DNA of 64,000 nucleotides, taken from positions 261,484-325,483 of the forward strand of contig CAWJAW010000005.1 in NCBI GenBank assembly GCA_963840965.1, given 5' to 3'. Numbering within the stretch: position 1 is the first letter of the stretch; each line of letters begins with the position of its first letter. A program made the translations under genes and the position numbers. Positions 1 through 10,564 of the stretch are shown here, piece by piece. This DNA comes from an uncultured Bacteroidales bacterium (GTDB lineage: Bacteria; Bacteroidota; Bacteroidia; Bacteroidales; VadinHA17). The notes beneath the pieces were generated by a model that had not been told where the DNA came from, did no database searches, and worked only from the letters and a program-made list of their open reading frames with translations.

Positions 1-44
1 GCAGTTTAAAGAGACAATAATTGAAATTTCTTAAAAATCATAAA

Positions 45-1955
45 ATGGGAAAGATAATAGGAATAGACCTGGGAACAACAAACTCATGCGTCGCCGTAAT
101 GGAAGGGAATGAGCCTGTAGTGATCCCCAACAGCGAAGGAAAGAGAACTACGCCTTCAATAGTTGCATTTGTTGAGAATGGAGAACGCAAGGTGGGTGAT
201 CCGGCCAAGCGTCAGGCCATCACAAATGCCCAGAAGACAATTTATTCCATCAAGCGGTTCATGGGGGAAACGTATGACAAGGTCAATACCGAGATCAAAC
301 GCGTTACCTTCAATGTCGTCAAGGGTGACAATAACACGCCAAGGGTAAAAATCGACAACAGGTTGTATTCTCCTCAGGAAATATCTGCCATGATCCTTCA
401 GAAAATGAAAAAAACCGCTGAAGACTATCTTGGACAGGAGGTAACCGACGCGGTAATAACCGTTCCGGCTTACTTCAGCGATTCGCAGCGCCAGGCCACA
501 AAAGAAGCGGGAGAAATCGCAGGATTGAATGTTAAAAGGATCATAAATGAACCGACAGCCGCATCACTTGCCTACGGACTTGATAAAAAGTCGCAGGATC
601 TCAAGATCGCCGTTTTCGACCTTGGCGGAGGTACTTTCGATATTTCGATTCTGGAACTGGGAGATGGCGTTTTCGAAGTGAAATCAACCAACGGTGACAC
701 ACACCTGGGAGGAGACGACTTTGACCAGAAAATAATAGACTGGCTTGCCGAGGAGTTCCTGAAAGAAGAGGGTGTTGACCTCAGAAAAGATCCTATGGCT
801 CTCCAGAGACTGAAGGAAGCTTCAGAAAAAGCCAAAATAGAACTCTCAAGCACCACATCCACCGAGATAAACCTGCCATACATAATGCCGGTTGACGGAA
901 TTCCGAAGCACCTTGTCAAGACGTTAACCAGAGCACATTTCGAAAAGCTTTGCGACAGCCTTATCCAGGCATGTCTCGAGCCCTGCAAGAAAGCTCTGGC
1001 AGATTCGGGTCTCAAGAACTCTGAAATTGACGAGGTCCTCCTGGTGGGCGGATCGACAAGAATTCCTGCCATACAGCAGCTTGTAGAAAAGTTCTTCGGT
1101 AAAACACCTTCAAAAGGAGTTAATCCCGATGAGGTTGTTGCAGTAGGAGCAGCTATCCAGGGCGGAGTTCTTACCGGAGAGGTTAAGGATGTTCTCCTTC
1201 TCGACGTAACTCCTCTGTCGCTTGGAATCGAAACCATGGGCGGAGTAATGACAAAACTAATTGAATCAAACACCACCATACCAACCAAAAAAGCAGAGGT
1301 GTTTACAACGGCTGCTGACAGCCAGCCCTCTGTAGAGATCCATGTTCTGCAGGGTGAAAGACCAATGGCAGCAGGCAACAAGACCATCGGGCGTTTCCAT
1401 CTCGACGGAATTCCACCGGCCCCCAGGGGTGTACCGCAGATCGAAGTCTCTTTCGACATTGATGCAAACGGTATACTCCACGTAGCCGCCAAGGACAGGG
1501 GAACCGGAAAGGAACAAAGGATAAGGATCGAGGCATCTTCGGGGCTAAGTGACGATGAAATAAAGAGAATGAGGGAAGAAGCCAGGGCAAATGCCGAAGC
1601 CGATAGCCTTGCAAAGCAAAAGGTTGACAAGATTAACAGCGCCGACAGCATGATTTTCTCAACTGAAAAACAACTGAGAGAATTCGGCGACAAGATCCCC
1701 GCCGACAAGAAGGCAGGCATTGAAAGCGCACTTGCCAAACTTAAGGAAGCTCATAAATCGCAGGATGTCGATGCCATCGATAAGACTCTTGCCGAACTGA
1801 ACTCCATCTGGCAGTCAGCTTCTGAAGAGATGTATAAAACCGCTCAGAATACAGGGCAGGCTACCTCGCAACCAGGACCGGAACAACCCGGAAGCGGAAA
1901 AACCCAGTCGGGAAATGATGAAGTAACAGACGTGGACTTCGAAGAAGTAAAGTAA
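45..1955 (+). CDS. dnaK: Molecular chaperone DnaK (Hsp70)
   Basis: The in-frame ATG at 45 gives the canonical N-terminus [14 protein letters not shown]. Hsp70 signatures DLGGGTFD and [11 protein letters not shown] are present. The TTG extension from 21 is judged spurious. Confidence 0.97.
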   Translation: MGKIIGIDLGTTNSCVAVMEGNEPVVIPNSEGKRTTPSIVAFVENGERKVGDPAKRQAITNAQKTIYSIKRFMGETYDKVNTEIKRVTFNVVKGDNNTPRVKIDNRLYSPQEISAMILQKMKKTAEDYLGQEVTDAVITVPAYFSDSQRQATKEAGEIAGLNVKRIINEPTAASLAYGLDKKSQDLKIAVFDLGGGTFDISILELGDGVFEVKSTNGDTHLGGDDFDQKIIDWLAEEFLKEEGVDLRKDPMALQRLKEASEKAKIELSSTTSTEINLPYIMPVDGIPKHLVKTLTRAHFEKLCDSLIQACLEPCKKALADSGLKNSEIDEVLLVGGSTRIPAIQQLVEKFFGKTPSKGVNPDEVVAVGAAIQGGVLTGEVKDVLLLDVTPLSLGIETMGGVMTKLIESNTTIPTKKAEVFTTAADSQPSVEIHVLQGERPMAAGNKTIGRFHLDGIPPAPRGVPQIEVSFDIDANGILHVAAKDRGTGKEQRIRIEASSGLSDDEIKRMREEARANAEADSLAKQKVDKINSADSMIFSTEKQLREFGDKIPADKKAGIESALAKLKEAHKSQDVDAIDKTLAELNSIWQSASEEMYKTAQNTGQATSQPGPEQPGSGKTQSGNDEVTDVDFEEVK

Positions 1956-1979
1956 TACCTGATTCATGATAAATTGCTT

Positions 1980-2009
1980 GAGGCTGAATTCTTTTCAGCC
2001 TCTTTTTTT
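1980..2009 (+). terminator. Rho-independent terminator of dnaK
   Basis: A 9-bp stem GAGGCTGAA (1980-1988) / TTCAGCCTC (1994-2002) has a 5-nt loop and is followed by a T7 run at 2003-2009, 25 nt after the dnaK stop. Confidence 0.8.
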
Positions 2010-2046
2010 GTACTTTTGTCAGGCATATATGGATTATTTCTTATGA

Positions 2047-2131
2047 AACCCACATGAATCGAATACCTAAACACGTAAGTATATAATTTTCAACCGAGTT
2101 TACGAGCTCGACGAAGTCAATCATGTGGGTT
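2047..2131. repeat. 11-bp perfect inverted repeat flanking a 63-nt spacer (function unknown)
   Basis: AACCCACATGA (2047-2057) pairs with TCATGTGGGTT (2121-2131). The spacer contains the palindrome CGAGCTCG (2103-2110). The element lies between the dnaK terminator and the next gene. Confidence 0.5.
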
Positions 2132-2164
2132 CCATCAGACCATTAAATTAAGAATTATATACTG

Positions 2165-2953
2165 ATGAAACATAGCATTGCAGCAATTTATATAGTGTTA
2201 CTGTCTTTGTTTCCTTTCGCTGGTATACAGGGACAGGAAATCAACAGTACCGACCAGGATGGGAAGAAACAGGGGCGGTGGATAAAGAATTACCCGAACG
2301 GGAAAGTGATGTATAACGGCTTTTTCAAGAATGACAAACCGGATGGTGAGTTCAGGAGATATTATGAGGATGGAGCACTGAAATCGCTGCTGGACTTTAG
2401 CATCAACGGAACGGAAGCAAAGGCTATATTATACTACTCCAATGGCCTCACTGCTTCATCCGGCAAATACATCAACCAGCTCAAGGAGGGAAAATGGCTG
2501 TTTTACTCATTCACCGAAAAAGATCTGCTCATAAGTGAGGCAGAGTATAAGGGAAACAAGCTTAACGGCATCATGATCAATTATTACCCCGATGGCAAGA
2601 CAGCTGAGAAGATCATGTACAAGAATAACCTGAAACATGGTGAATGCCTGAAATACTACCCTGACGGAACTCTGACCCTGAGGACCAACTACGAAAACGG
2701 GAAAATAAACGGAAGGTTTGAAGCATTCTATGAAAACGGCAAACCTGAAATGACCGGTCAGTACAAGAACAACCTGAGAGAAGGACCATGGGTAATCTTC
2801 AGGAATGACGGAAGCCAGAGATTCAGTACTGTCTATATCGCGGGTATCCCCGATAACCGCAGCATCGACATTTATGAATCAGAATACATAGACTCACTTG
2901 AACAGATTAAAGTCAACATTGCTGATCCTGAAAAAACGGGTGAAATATGGTAA
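2165..2953 (+). CDS. MORN-variant repeat protein (YwqK-like family), secreted
   Basis: There is an N-terminal signal peptide, followed by repeated G(K/E)W..YY.NG.....G.Y.N..K.G units typical of the MORN repeat variant family. Confidence 0.75.
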   Translation: MKHSIAAIYIVLLSLFPFAGIQGQEINSTDQDGKKQGRWIKNYPNGKVMYNGFFKNDKPDGEFRRYYEDGALKSLLDFSINGTEAKAILYYSNGLTASSGKYINQLKEGKWLFYSFTEKDLLISEAEYKGNKLNGIMINYYPDGKTAEKIMYKNNLKHGECLKYYPDGTLTLRTNYENGKINGRFEAFYENGKPEMTGQYKNNLREGPWVIFRNDGSQRFSTVYIAGIPDNRSIDIYESEYIDSLEQIKVNIADPEKTGEIW

Positions 2954-4617
2954 AGGGATTCATAGATCCTGCCAGACTGAAATTTGCAATTGCCGCTCTG
3001 ACACTTCTGATAATTATCCCATGTCAACCAGGTAAATGTCAGGAAAAGACCTGGAATTATTTCTACAGAATCCATTTCGTCGATAAGGGAGACAATGATG
3101 TCTCCGGTTTTTCGCCTGAAGACCTTCTTTCAGATAAAGCAACAGAGCGAAGGAGAAAGGCAGGAATTGCTGTACCTGATTACCGGGATCTTCCGGTATG
3201 GAAAGCGTATACTGACCAGATCTCATCAACAGGACTGACTCTCCACTGCACCTCAAAGTGGATGAACACGGCATTGTTTAAGTCATCGGTACCGGTCGGG
3301 CCCGGAATACTGGATCAGTTTCCATTTATAAAAGAGGTGAAAATTGTCAGGAGTCCCGAAAGCAAAGGATATTCACATGACAAGGACAAAATTGAGTATG
3401 CCTCCAGCGACCTGCCCCCATATAACAATTCCCTGGCAATGATAAACGGGATCAGAGTGCTCAATTCCGGACTTACAGGCGAGGGTGTAATTATTGCCGT
3501 CATCGACGGAGGATTTACCAATGCCGACCTTATTCCTTCACTCGACCATCTTCGAAACAGGAACGGGATAAAGGGAACCTATGACTTTGTAAACAGGAAC
3601 GAATTCGTTTATGACTATAATGATCATGGCACTGCAGTTATGTCGGTTCTTGCAGGAAAGATTCCCGGAGCAATTGAAGGAAGTGCTCCCGGCGCCGATT
3701 ACTGGTTGCTCCGAAGTGAAATTACCGAATCTGAATATCCTGTGGAGGAGGATCTGTGGACAGCTGCAGCTGAATTCGCTGACAGTATAGGAGCTGACAT
3801 AATTTCATCATCCCTGGGATACAGCACATTCGATGATCCCCTGATGGACTACCGGTTTTCAGACATGGACGGCGACAGAACCTTCGTCAGCCGGGCTGCC
3901 GACATTGCTGCATCCTTAGGAATCCTGGTAGTTAACAGTGCAGGCAACGAGAGAACCACACCATGGATAAGAATAATCGCTCCGTCCGACGGGGATTCGG
4001 TACTGGCAGTGGGAGCAGTCAGCGGAGACAGGATAATTTCCTCCTTTTCCTCTGCAGGACCGAGTTCCGACCGGCAGATAAAACCAGACATCGTTTCACA
4101 GGGAGTAAGCGTTCCCGTACAGGTCAGTCCTGCCATGATATCAAGAGCAAACGGAACATCCTTCTCATGCCCGTTAATCAGCGGAATGTGCGCCTGCATA
4201 ATGCAGGCTGTTCCGCAGGCAACAAACATGGAGATTATATCAGCTCTTCATTCGGCATCTGACAGATACCTTGTTCCTGATTCGTTATACGGATTCGGAA
4301 TACCCGACATAGAAAAAACAATAGCAATTCTTCAGAATAAACACCTTTCGAAACCAGTTTCCGGGATCGTTGTTTTCCCGAATCCATTCAGGGATGAGCT
4401 GTTCATTACTTTTTCAGTCATACCCGAAAAACTCACCGTTGAACTTTTCGACCAGGGCGGAAGGCTTATGTTGAAAAGAGAATATTCAGACTTTATAAGC
4501 AGGAGCCTGATACTTGACGATTTGCCAGTTCCGGGAAAAGGAGTTTATTTTGTAAGGCTCATTACTCCTGACGAAATATACATTCATAAGATTATTAAGG
4601 TCGAGGATCCCAGATGA
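2947..4617 (+). CDS. S8 family (subtilisin-like) serine peptidase with T9SS C-terminal sorting domain
   Basis: The catalytic triad contexts are VIDGGF (Asp), DHGTAV (His) and GTSFSCP (Ser). The C-terminal ~80 aa (VFPNPF...GVYFVRL...IHKIIKV) resemble a type-A T9SS sorting domain. The start overlaps the upstream stop (ATGGTAA). Confidence 0.85.
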   Translation: MVKGFIDPARLKFAIAALTLLIIIPCQPGKCQEKTWNYFYRIHFVDKGDNDVSGFSPEDLLSDKATERRRKAGIAVPDYRDLPVWKAYTDQISSTGLTLHCTSKWMNTALFKSSVPVGPGILDQFPFIKEVKIVRSPESKGYSHDKDKIEYASSDLPPYNNSLAMINGIRVLNSGLTGEGVIIAVIDGGFTNADLIPSLDHLRNRNGIKGTYDFVNRNEFVYDYNDHGTAVMSVLAGKIPGAIEGSAPGADYWLLRSEITESEYPVEEDLWTAAAEFADSIGADIISSSLGYSTFDDPLMDYRFSDMDGDRTFVSRAADIAASLGILVVNSAGNERTTPWIRIIAPSDGDSVLAVGAVSGDRIISSFSSAGPSSDRQIKPDIVSQGVSVPVQVSPAMISRANGTSFSCPLISGMCACIMQAVPQATNMEIISALHSASDRYLVPDSLYGFGIPDIEKTIAILQNKHLSKPVSGIVVFPNPFRDELFITFSVIPEKLTVELFDQGGRLMLKREYSDFISRSLILDDLPVPGKGVYFVRLITPDEIYIHKIIKVEDPR

Positions 4618-5987
4618 ATGAAAAACTGTCACTTACTGAACTGCAGCTGGTAATTAAGGATTCTCTTTACCTGGCTCTGCCGGATATGTACTGGGTGATC
4701 GCAGAGATCTCGGAGATCAAAGAGAATTACAACGGACACTGCTACCTGGAGCTGATTGAAAAGCAACCTGACGATATTAACATCAGGGCAAGAGTAAGGG
4801 CGGTAATCTGGAACAGCAGGTACCGGTTCATCAAAACATTTTTTGAGAATTCTGCCGGTGAGTCACTGAGAGAAGGCATGAAGATCCTTATCCGGGTAAA
4901 GATCGAGTATCACGAAATTTACGGGCTCAGTCTCGTGATCAACGACATTGACCCGGCATTCACAATTGGCGATATGGCAATCAGGCGCCAGCAGATAATA
5001 AGAAGACTCGAGGAAGAGGGTGTCATAACAATGAACAGGGAGCTTGAGATACCACTTGTCCCGCAAAGAATAGCAGTGATCTCCTCCGGCACTTCGGCCG
5101 GATATACCGATTTCATAAAACAACTGAAGTCCAACAGTTTCGGTTATGTATTTTATACAGCACTTTTTGAAACCCCCGTGCAGGGAAAGGAAACTGAAGC
5201 CGGAGTGATATTATCGCTTGAGAAGATTGCTTCACACCTGGATAAATTTGACATAGCGGTTATAATAAGGGGAGGCGGTTCACAAACTGACCTCAGCTGG
5301 TTCGACAGCTATGCAATAGCATATTACATAACACAGTTCCCTATTCCGGTAATCACGGGGATTGGACATGATAAAGATCTATCGGTTACCGATATAGTGG
5401 CCAACTTGTCAATGAAGACACCAACAGCAGTTGCCGGCTTTCTGATCGATCGAATGAATGAGGCGGCTTACCTCATTTCCGAACTAAGCACCGGAATAAC
5501 CGACTATGCAAAAGTAATGCTGGAGAAAACCAGAAAAAGGATAGAAACAGCCATGGTCAGGCTGGCCCCGGTCACAAGGATCATGATTTCCGGTTTCAGG
5601 GAACTCCTTTCCTCTGTGGTGATCGATATGTCCAGAACTGGCAAGGATTTCCTGGTCAAGGCAAATGCAATACCCGATAACCAGAAACACCGGTTGTCAT
5701 CCGGGTCCGGTTCACTGATTATAAAAAAAGCTACAGACTTAAAACATAAATCAGAAATTCTTGCAACAATCAGCAGAAATAACATGGCTGTCATTCATAA
5801 CCGGCTGACAGGATTCGAAAACTCACTTAAAATTCTTGATCCGGAAAACGTACTTAAAAGAGGATTTACAATAACTTCAGTCAACGGGAAAATAATTAAA
5901 AAAGGAAAGTCGCTAAGGGAAGACGATATTATTGATACCAGATTCAGCGATGGAACCATTTCAAGCAAGGTGGTAAAGGAAGCTTAG
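4614..5987 (+). CDS. xseA: Exodeoxyribonuclease VII large subunit
   Basis: The 457-aa product has an N-terminal OB-fold region (LSLTELQLVIKDSL...) and the catalytic core RGGGS..DL..F. There is an ATGA overlap with the upstream gene. Confidence 0.9.
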   Translation: MNEKLSLTELQLVIKDSLYLALPDMYWVIAEISEIKENYNGHCYLELIEKQPDDINIRARVRAVIWNSRYRFIKTFFENSAGESLREGMKILIRVKIEYHEIYGLSLVINDIDPAFTIGDMAIRRQQIIRRLEEEGVITMNRELEIPLVPQRIAVISSGTSAGYTDFIKQLKSNSFGYVFYTALFETPVQGKETEAGVILSLEKIASHLDKFDIAVIIRGGGSQTDLSWFDSYAIAYYITQFPIPVITGIGHDKDLSVTDIVANLSMKTPTAVAGFLIDRMNEAAYLISELSTGITDYAKVMLEKTRKRIETAMVRLAPVTRIMISGFRELLSSVVIDMSRTGKDFLVKANAIPDNQKHRLSSGSGSLIIKKATDLKHKSEILATISRNNMAVIHNRLTGFENSLKILDPENVLKRGFTITSVNGKIIKKGKSLREDDIIDTRFSDGTISSKVVKEA

Positions 5988-6022
5988 GATATAAGCAGTA
6001 ATCAATAAGGTGATGGATCCTT

Positions 6023-6054
<32 letters not shown>

Positions 6055-6164
6055 AGGAATACACCTGCCTGCCGGCTGGTGCAGCCAGTCAAGCAGGGAA
6101 GACCTAAGACAGATAATGCAGAACTTCGGCTGAAGGAAGTAATAACATTTTAAATATTGTTGAG

Positions 6165-6362
6165 ATGACAAAGAAGGAATTTTTGTTCAACCAGGCAGTT
6201 AATGAAATCGAGAAGATACTGAAAGAAATTGAGACAGGTGAAATGGATGTCGACAGGCTATCGGCGGAGGTCAGAAAGGCTTCCGAGCTTATAAGGCAAT
6301 GTCAGAAAAAGCTCAAGACAACAGAGGAGGAAATAAATAATATATTCCGGGATCTGGCATAG
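6165..6362 (+). CDS. xseB: Exodeoxyribonuclease VII small subunit
   Basis: A 65-aa helical protein (F..A..ELE.I...LE.G....D) located downstream of xseA. Confidence 0.85.
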   Translation: MTKKEFLFNQAVNEIEKILKEIETGEMDVDRLSAEVRKASELIRQCQKKLKTTEEEINNIFRDLA

Positions 6363-6380
6363 CCTGGCACATAAGAAAAA

Positions 6381-6404
6381 CCCGCGGAACGGGCGTTCCG
6401 CGGG
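6381..6404. terminator. Bidirectional hairpin terminator (xseB on +, thioredoxin gene on -)
   Basis: A 10-bp GC-rich stem CCCGCGGAAC / GTTCCGCGGG has a GGGC loop. On the minus strand it is followed by TTTTTCTT, and on the plus strand by ATTTCTTT. Confidence 0.75.
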
Positions 6405-6540
6405 ATTTCTTTACTACCCTAAACCTAAATCCATGAAAAAAACTCATGTAACCAAAGCGGTTACTACCTTTTGATTGTATAACGTAATAAATGTACGCAA
6501 TGTTTCACACATTACCTAATATTTTCAAACAAAGTGATCA

Positions 6541-6924
6541 TTATTTATCAACACCCTCCTTGCTCCCTTTCTCAACCCCAAAAACATCCTTAATTGCTTT
6601 AATGAAAGTGTCTTTGGGCAGTGCTCCCATTGCCATCTGAGGCTGACCCTCAAGGGGTACAAATAAGAGTGAAGGAATGCTTTTGATTCCAAATACAGCT
6701 GCCAGTTCCTGCTCTTCCTCAGTATTCACCTTGTAAATATCAACCTTGCCTTCATACTCCTTAGCAAGCTCTTCAAGTATCGGAGCCACCATCTTGCATG
6801 GTCCGCACCAGTCAGCATAAAAATCGATCATACAGGGCTTATTACCTTCGAATCTCCATTCTTTATTGGTTTCATAGTTAAATACCTTGCTTAGAAAAGT
6901 CTCTTTGGTCAAATGCTCTAACAT
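6541..6924 (-). CDS. Thioredoxin family protein
   Basis: The WCGPC active site is present, with a thioredoxin-fold length plus a short basic C-terminal tail. Confidence 0.9.
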   Translation of the reverse strand: MLEHLTKETFLSKVFNYETNKEWRFEGNKPCMIDFYADWCGPCKMVAPILEELAKEYEGKVDIYKVNTEEEQELAAVFGIKSIPSLLFVPLEGQPQMAMGALPKDTFIKAIKDVFGVEKGSKEGVDK

Positions 6925-7034
6925 GTTTTCCTTTTTTTGTTATTAATCATCAATCACTTAATTTCTCTGATACACCAATCATTATACCAAAGAATGCTAT
7001 CGTATGGATTTTATCTAAAAATAGTTAATAATTG

Positions 7035-7042
7035 TAACTTTG
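7035..7042 (+). promoter_or_regulatory. Candidate Bacteroidota -7 box (TAACTTTG)
   Basis: It matches TAnnTTTG and lies 34 nt upstream of the ATG at 7076. It sits upstream of the ORF-track TTG start at 7061. Confidence 0.4.
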
Positions 7043-7075
7043 TCATGATTAATTAACAATTTGTCACATCTATAT

Positions 7076-8494
7076 ATGCATATATGTCTTAATGACAATA
7101 TCTTCAAACTGCTTTCTGAGGTTATAACGGCTGAGAATGTCGGGGCATGGGTTATTGGAGGGTATGTAAGGGATCACCTGCTCAAAAGGGATCATGCCGA
7201 CAAGGATATTGATATTGTGGTATTGGGAAATGGTCCGGACATTGCACGAAAGGCCGCCAGGAGGCTTTCATCAGGCATTAATGTATCGGTTTTCAAAAAC
7301 TTCGGAACAGCAATGTTCAGGTATGAAGATTATGATATTGAGTTTGTCGGAGCAAGAAAGGAATCATACGACCGCAGCTCAAGAAAACCGGTTGTTGAAA
7401 CAGGAACCCTCGAAGATGATCAGAAAAGGAGGGATTTCACAATAAATGCGCTGGCAATAAGTCTTAACAGGGATACTTACGGTGACTTGCTCGATCCTTT
7501 CAACGGACTGGATGATCTTCGGAAAAAGATAATCAGGACGCCTCTTGACCCTGACATAACATTCTGTGATGATCCACTGAGGATGATGAGAGCGGTCAGA
7601 TTCGCCGTCCAGCTTGAGTTCCACATCGAAGAAAGGACGTTTGCTTCAATTGCATCAAATGTAGAAAGGATCCGGATAGTATCGCAGGAAAGAATTCTTA
7701 TTGAACTGAACAAGATCATAATGTGCAATAATCCATCAAGAGGATTCATTCTGCTCGAGAAAGCCGGTCTGCTAAAGATCATTTTCCCTGAACTCGACGG
7801 TCTTAAAGGTATTGAGAAAAGAGAAGGGAAGGCACACAAGGACAATTTCCTTCATTCGTTAAAGGTCCTGGATAACATTAGCAGGAAGACCGATAATATT
7901 TGGCTACGCTGGGCTGCCCTGCTTCACGACATAGCCAAGCCTGCAACAAAAAAATACGAACCTGAAACCGGATGGTCATTCCACGGACATGAATTTCTTG
8001 GAGGGAAAATGATCCCCGAAATATTCAGAAGACTAAAGCTTCCGATGAACGAAAAGATGAAATACGTAAAGAAGCTTGTAGATCTCCATCTCCGTCCTAT
8101 TGCCCTGTCGCAGGAAATAGTAACTGACTCAGCGATAAGAAGGCTTCTGTTCGAAGCGGGCGATGACATTGATGACCTGATGATGTTATGTGAAGCCGAC
8201 ATAACTTCAAAAAATGAAGCCACAAAAAAAAGGCATCTTGAGAACTTTAGGCTGGTAAGACAGAAACTTAAGGAAATTGAAGAAAAGGATGCCATTCGCA
8301 ATTTCAAGCCGCCAGTCGACGGAAGTGAAATAATAGAGACCTTCGGAATCAGTCCCGGCAGGGAAGTTGGCATTATTAAGAACGCTATCAGGGATGCTAT
8401 CCTGGATGGCATCATCCCGAATGAATACGAACCGGCAAGAAAGCTGATGCTCGAAAAGGGTAAAGAAATAGGACTTACCCCTGTGATAACCTAA
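7076..8494 (+). CDS. tRNA nucleotidyltransferase (CCA-adding / poly(A) polymerase family) with HD domain
   Basis: The N-terminal nucleotidyltransferase motif is GGYVRD...DIDIVV. There is a tRNA-NT RNA-binding region and a C-terminal HD motif (LLHDIAKP). The ATG at 7076 is preferred over the TTG at 7061. Confidence 0.8.
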   Translation: MHICLNDNIFKLLSEVITAENVGAWVIGGYVRDHLLKRDHADKDIDIVVLGNGPDIARKAARRLSSGINVSVFKNFGTAMFRYEDYDIEFVGARKESYDRSSRKPVVETGTLEDDQKRRDFTINALAISLNRDTYGDLLDPFNGLDDLRKKIIRTPLDPDITFCDDPLRMMRAVRFAVQLEFHIEERTFASIASNVERIRIVSQERILIELNKIIMCNNPSRGFILLEKAGLLKIIFPELDGLKGIEKREGKAHKDNFLHSLKVLDNISRKTDNIWLRWAALLHDIAKPATKKYEPETGWSFHGHEFLGGKMIPEIFRRLKLPMNEKMKYVKKLVDLHLRPIALSQEIVTDSAIRRLLFEAGDDIDDLMMLCEADITSKNEATKKRHLENFRLVRQKLKEIEEKDAIRNFKPPVDGSEIIETFGISPGREVGIIKNAIRDAILDGIIPNEYEPARKLMLEKGKEIGLTPVIT

Positions 8495-9531
8495 CGGACC
8501 ACAAGGTCGAGCAATACCGGAAGATGATCGCTGAATCCCCCCTGATAACTGTAACCACGGTAGGTTGAGAAAGGGACCATGCCTGGATACTTATTATCAT
8601 TCTTTAAAAGAAAATCAGGACTGAAAATCCTGAAATGCTCCTTACCAGTGTCCAGTCCTTTACTGCTGTCCAATAATCCGCAGGAAACGATTATCTGGTC
8701 AATCATCTCCCAAGTTCCCTGATATCTGTAGGTACCGCCGGTCCCTGCAATTTTTCCGTCGGAGAGATTTATAAGCGAACAATTAACCGGGCTGTCCGGA
8801 TCAATCAGTTCCGACATCAGGGGATCGGAGGGAGTGCAATTGAAGTCGCCAATTATCAATACCTTAGCATTACCATCTGAAGTTAAGCACAATGAATCAG
8901 TGGCATTCCTTACCATGTGGGCCATAATTTCTCTCAATTCTTCGCCGGCAAGCACTCCGCCCCTTCTCGATGGCCAGTGATTTACAAGAACATGCAAAGT
9001 GTCGGTATACACTACGCATTTAGTATAAAGGACACCCCTTGAATGGAACTCACCTGCCTTTAAATTTTTCGGAATCAATAACCGGTGATCAATTACTGTA
9101 ACCAAATCCTTGCGATATATCATGCACACATCAATCCCCCGGATATCGGGCGATTCTTCATGTACTATTCCGTATCCTAAGGCCGACAATGGCGTCCCGT
9201 AAACCAGGTCACCAAGCACCATTCTGTTCTCAATCTCGCATAAACCAACTATTGCAGGAGGATTCCATTCTCCAGCGGCTATTATGACCTTTGAGACTGA
9301 ATTGATTTTGTTATAATACCTTGATTTGTTCCAGCGCATGAGTCCACCTGGCAGAAACTCGATGTCGTCTTTAATGGAATCATGCTGGGTATCGAACAGG
9401 TTTTCGGCATTATAAAACATTACCCTAACAGGAAGAGAATCAGCTCTTTCCTGGGAAAATGCCAGCCAGTGAAGTGAAAGCATCAGCACGAGTGCAACCG
9501 CGTTTTTGCGGCATATCATCTTAATAAGCAT
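8491..9531 (-). CDS. Endonuclease/exonuclease/phosphatase (EEP) family protein, secreted
   Basis: EEP motifs are [16 protein letters not shown] and FSDHLPV, with a signal peptide. The alternative start M5 at 9519 would remove the 11-nt overlap with the upstream gene. Confidence 0.8.
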   Translation of the reverse strand: MLIKMICRKNAVALVLMLSLHWLAFSQERADSLPVRVMFYNAENLFDTQHDSIKDDIEFLPGGLMRWNKSRYYNKINSVSKVIIAAGEWNPPAIVGLCEIENRMVLGDLVYGTPLSALGYGIVHEESPDIRGIDVCMIYRKDLVTVIDHRLLIPKNLKAGEFHSRGVLYTKCVVYTDTLHVLVNHWPSRRGGVLAGEELREIMAHMVRNATDSLCLTSDGNAKVLIIGDFNCTPSDPLMSELIDPDSPVNCSLINLSDGKIAGTGGTYRYQGTWEMIDQIIVSCGLLDSSKGLDTGKEHFRIFSPDFLLKNDNKYPGMVPFSTYRGYSYQGGFSDHLPVLLDLVVR

Positions 9532-10564
9532 TTATCCATCTGTACCTCCGGGCATTTGTTCCGAATTTAACAGCGAGAGTAAATTCGTGTGTCCCGAGGC
9601 TTTGTCTTCTCAGTTCAGTAAGTGTAAAATCGTGAGCGTAAGCAAAATAAAACCTGTCATACTTAAAACCCATCATTGCTATAAGAGCATCCTCCGTGCG
9701 CCACGAGATTCCAGCCCAGTAATCGTTCCTGTAATATATCCGGGAAGTAAGGTCGAGCTGAATTGCCTTGAACAGCATATCCGAAGATTTTATGAAAGCA
9801 GAGGGCTCCAGAAGCCAGTTTGAAGCCAGCGGGATCTTTACACCCCCGGTAAGGAAATAGTGCCCCAGCTCGGTGCTTTCATCGTTATTTCCATCAGAGA
9901 ACCTTATTGATCCCCTTAGCAGGTTTGTCATTGCAAATCCAGCATAGAATTTCGAAGTTGAATAACTTACACCAAAATTAAAATCGGGTATAAAGACCGA
10001 TCTGTCGTAGTTATTTAGGTACGGATCATCCTGATCGTACACCAGCCCTTCATAGTCAATTGAATACTGGTAGGCAGTAAGAGCAAGCCCGAAGGCAAGA
10101 TTCCGCGAGTTCTCATTATCGTGAGTGCTCAGGGGAATGTTGTAGGAATAAGCCGCCTGACCGCCGGTCCGGTGCATAATTCCGTTATTATCGTTGAAAA
10201 CATATCCTCCAATACCAACCTGCCCTCCCTTGGTGGGTCTTACAAGCTTCTTCCTGACCGATGTCGATTTAGATATATAACTGTCACGTAGTATCCTTGT
10301 CTGGAAACTCAGAGCGTAAGTACTTGGCGATTGCGCCAGTCCTGTCCATTGTTCCCTTACTGTAAGGTTTACAGAAGTATAACCATCGCGTCCGGCAAAT
10401 GACGGGTTAACCAGGAATCCGTTCATGATGTACTGGCTGTACATCGGGACCTGCTGTGCATGTGAAATTCCGGCAGGGAGAAAGCAGGTGATCATAACTG
10501 CAAGTACACCTATCAAATGGCTCTTATACATAGACCTCAGCATTTTATCGTTTTCTCGTTTCAT
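9521..10564 (-). CDS. PorP/SprF family type IX secretion system membrane protein
   Basis: Family N-terminal motif QQVPMYSQYIMNGFLVNPSFAG, beta-barrel-like alternation, and C-terminal HEFTLAVKF. The ATG at 10564 overlaps the adhesin stop (ATGA). The ORF-track extension to 10672 lies inside the upstream gene. Confidence 0.85.
   Translation of the reverse strand: MKRENDKMLRSMYKSHLIGVLAVMITCFLPAGISHAQQVPMYSQYIMNGFLVNPSFAGRDGYTSVNLTVREQWTGLAQSPSTYALSFQTRILRDSYISKSTSVRKKLVRPTKGGQVGIGGYVFNDNNGIMHRTGGQAAYSYNIPLSTHDNENSRNLAFGLALTAYQYSIDYEGLVYDQDDPYLNNYDRSVFIPDFNFGVSYSTSKFYAGFAMTNLLRGSIRFSDGNNDESTELGHYFLTGGVKIPLASNWLLEPSAFIKSSDMLFKAIQLDLTSRIYYRNDYWAGISWRTEDALIAMMGFKYDRFYFAYAHDFTLTELRRQSLGTHEFTLAVKFGTNARRYRWINAY

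Noticed and set aside
572-1738. A 388-aa ORF antisense to dnaK
   Set aside because: It lies entirely inside a highly conserved Hsp70 gene. Long antisense frames are a known by-product of dnaK codon composition. Its translation is low-complexity (Ser/Leu/Pro rich) with no recognisable family.
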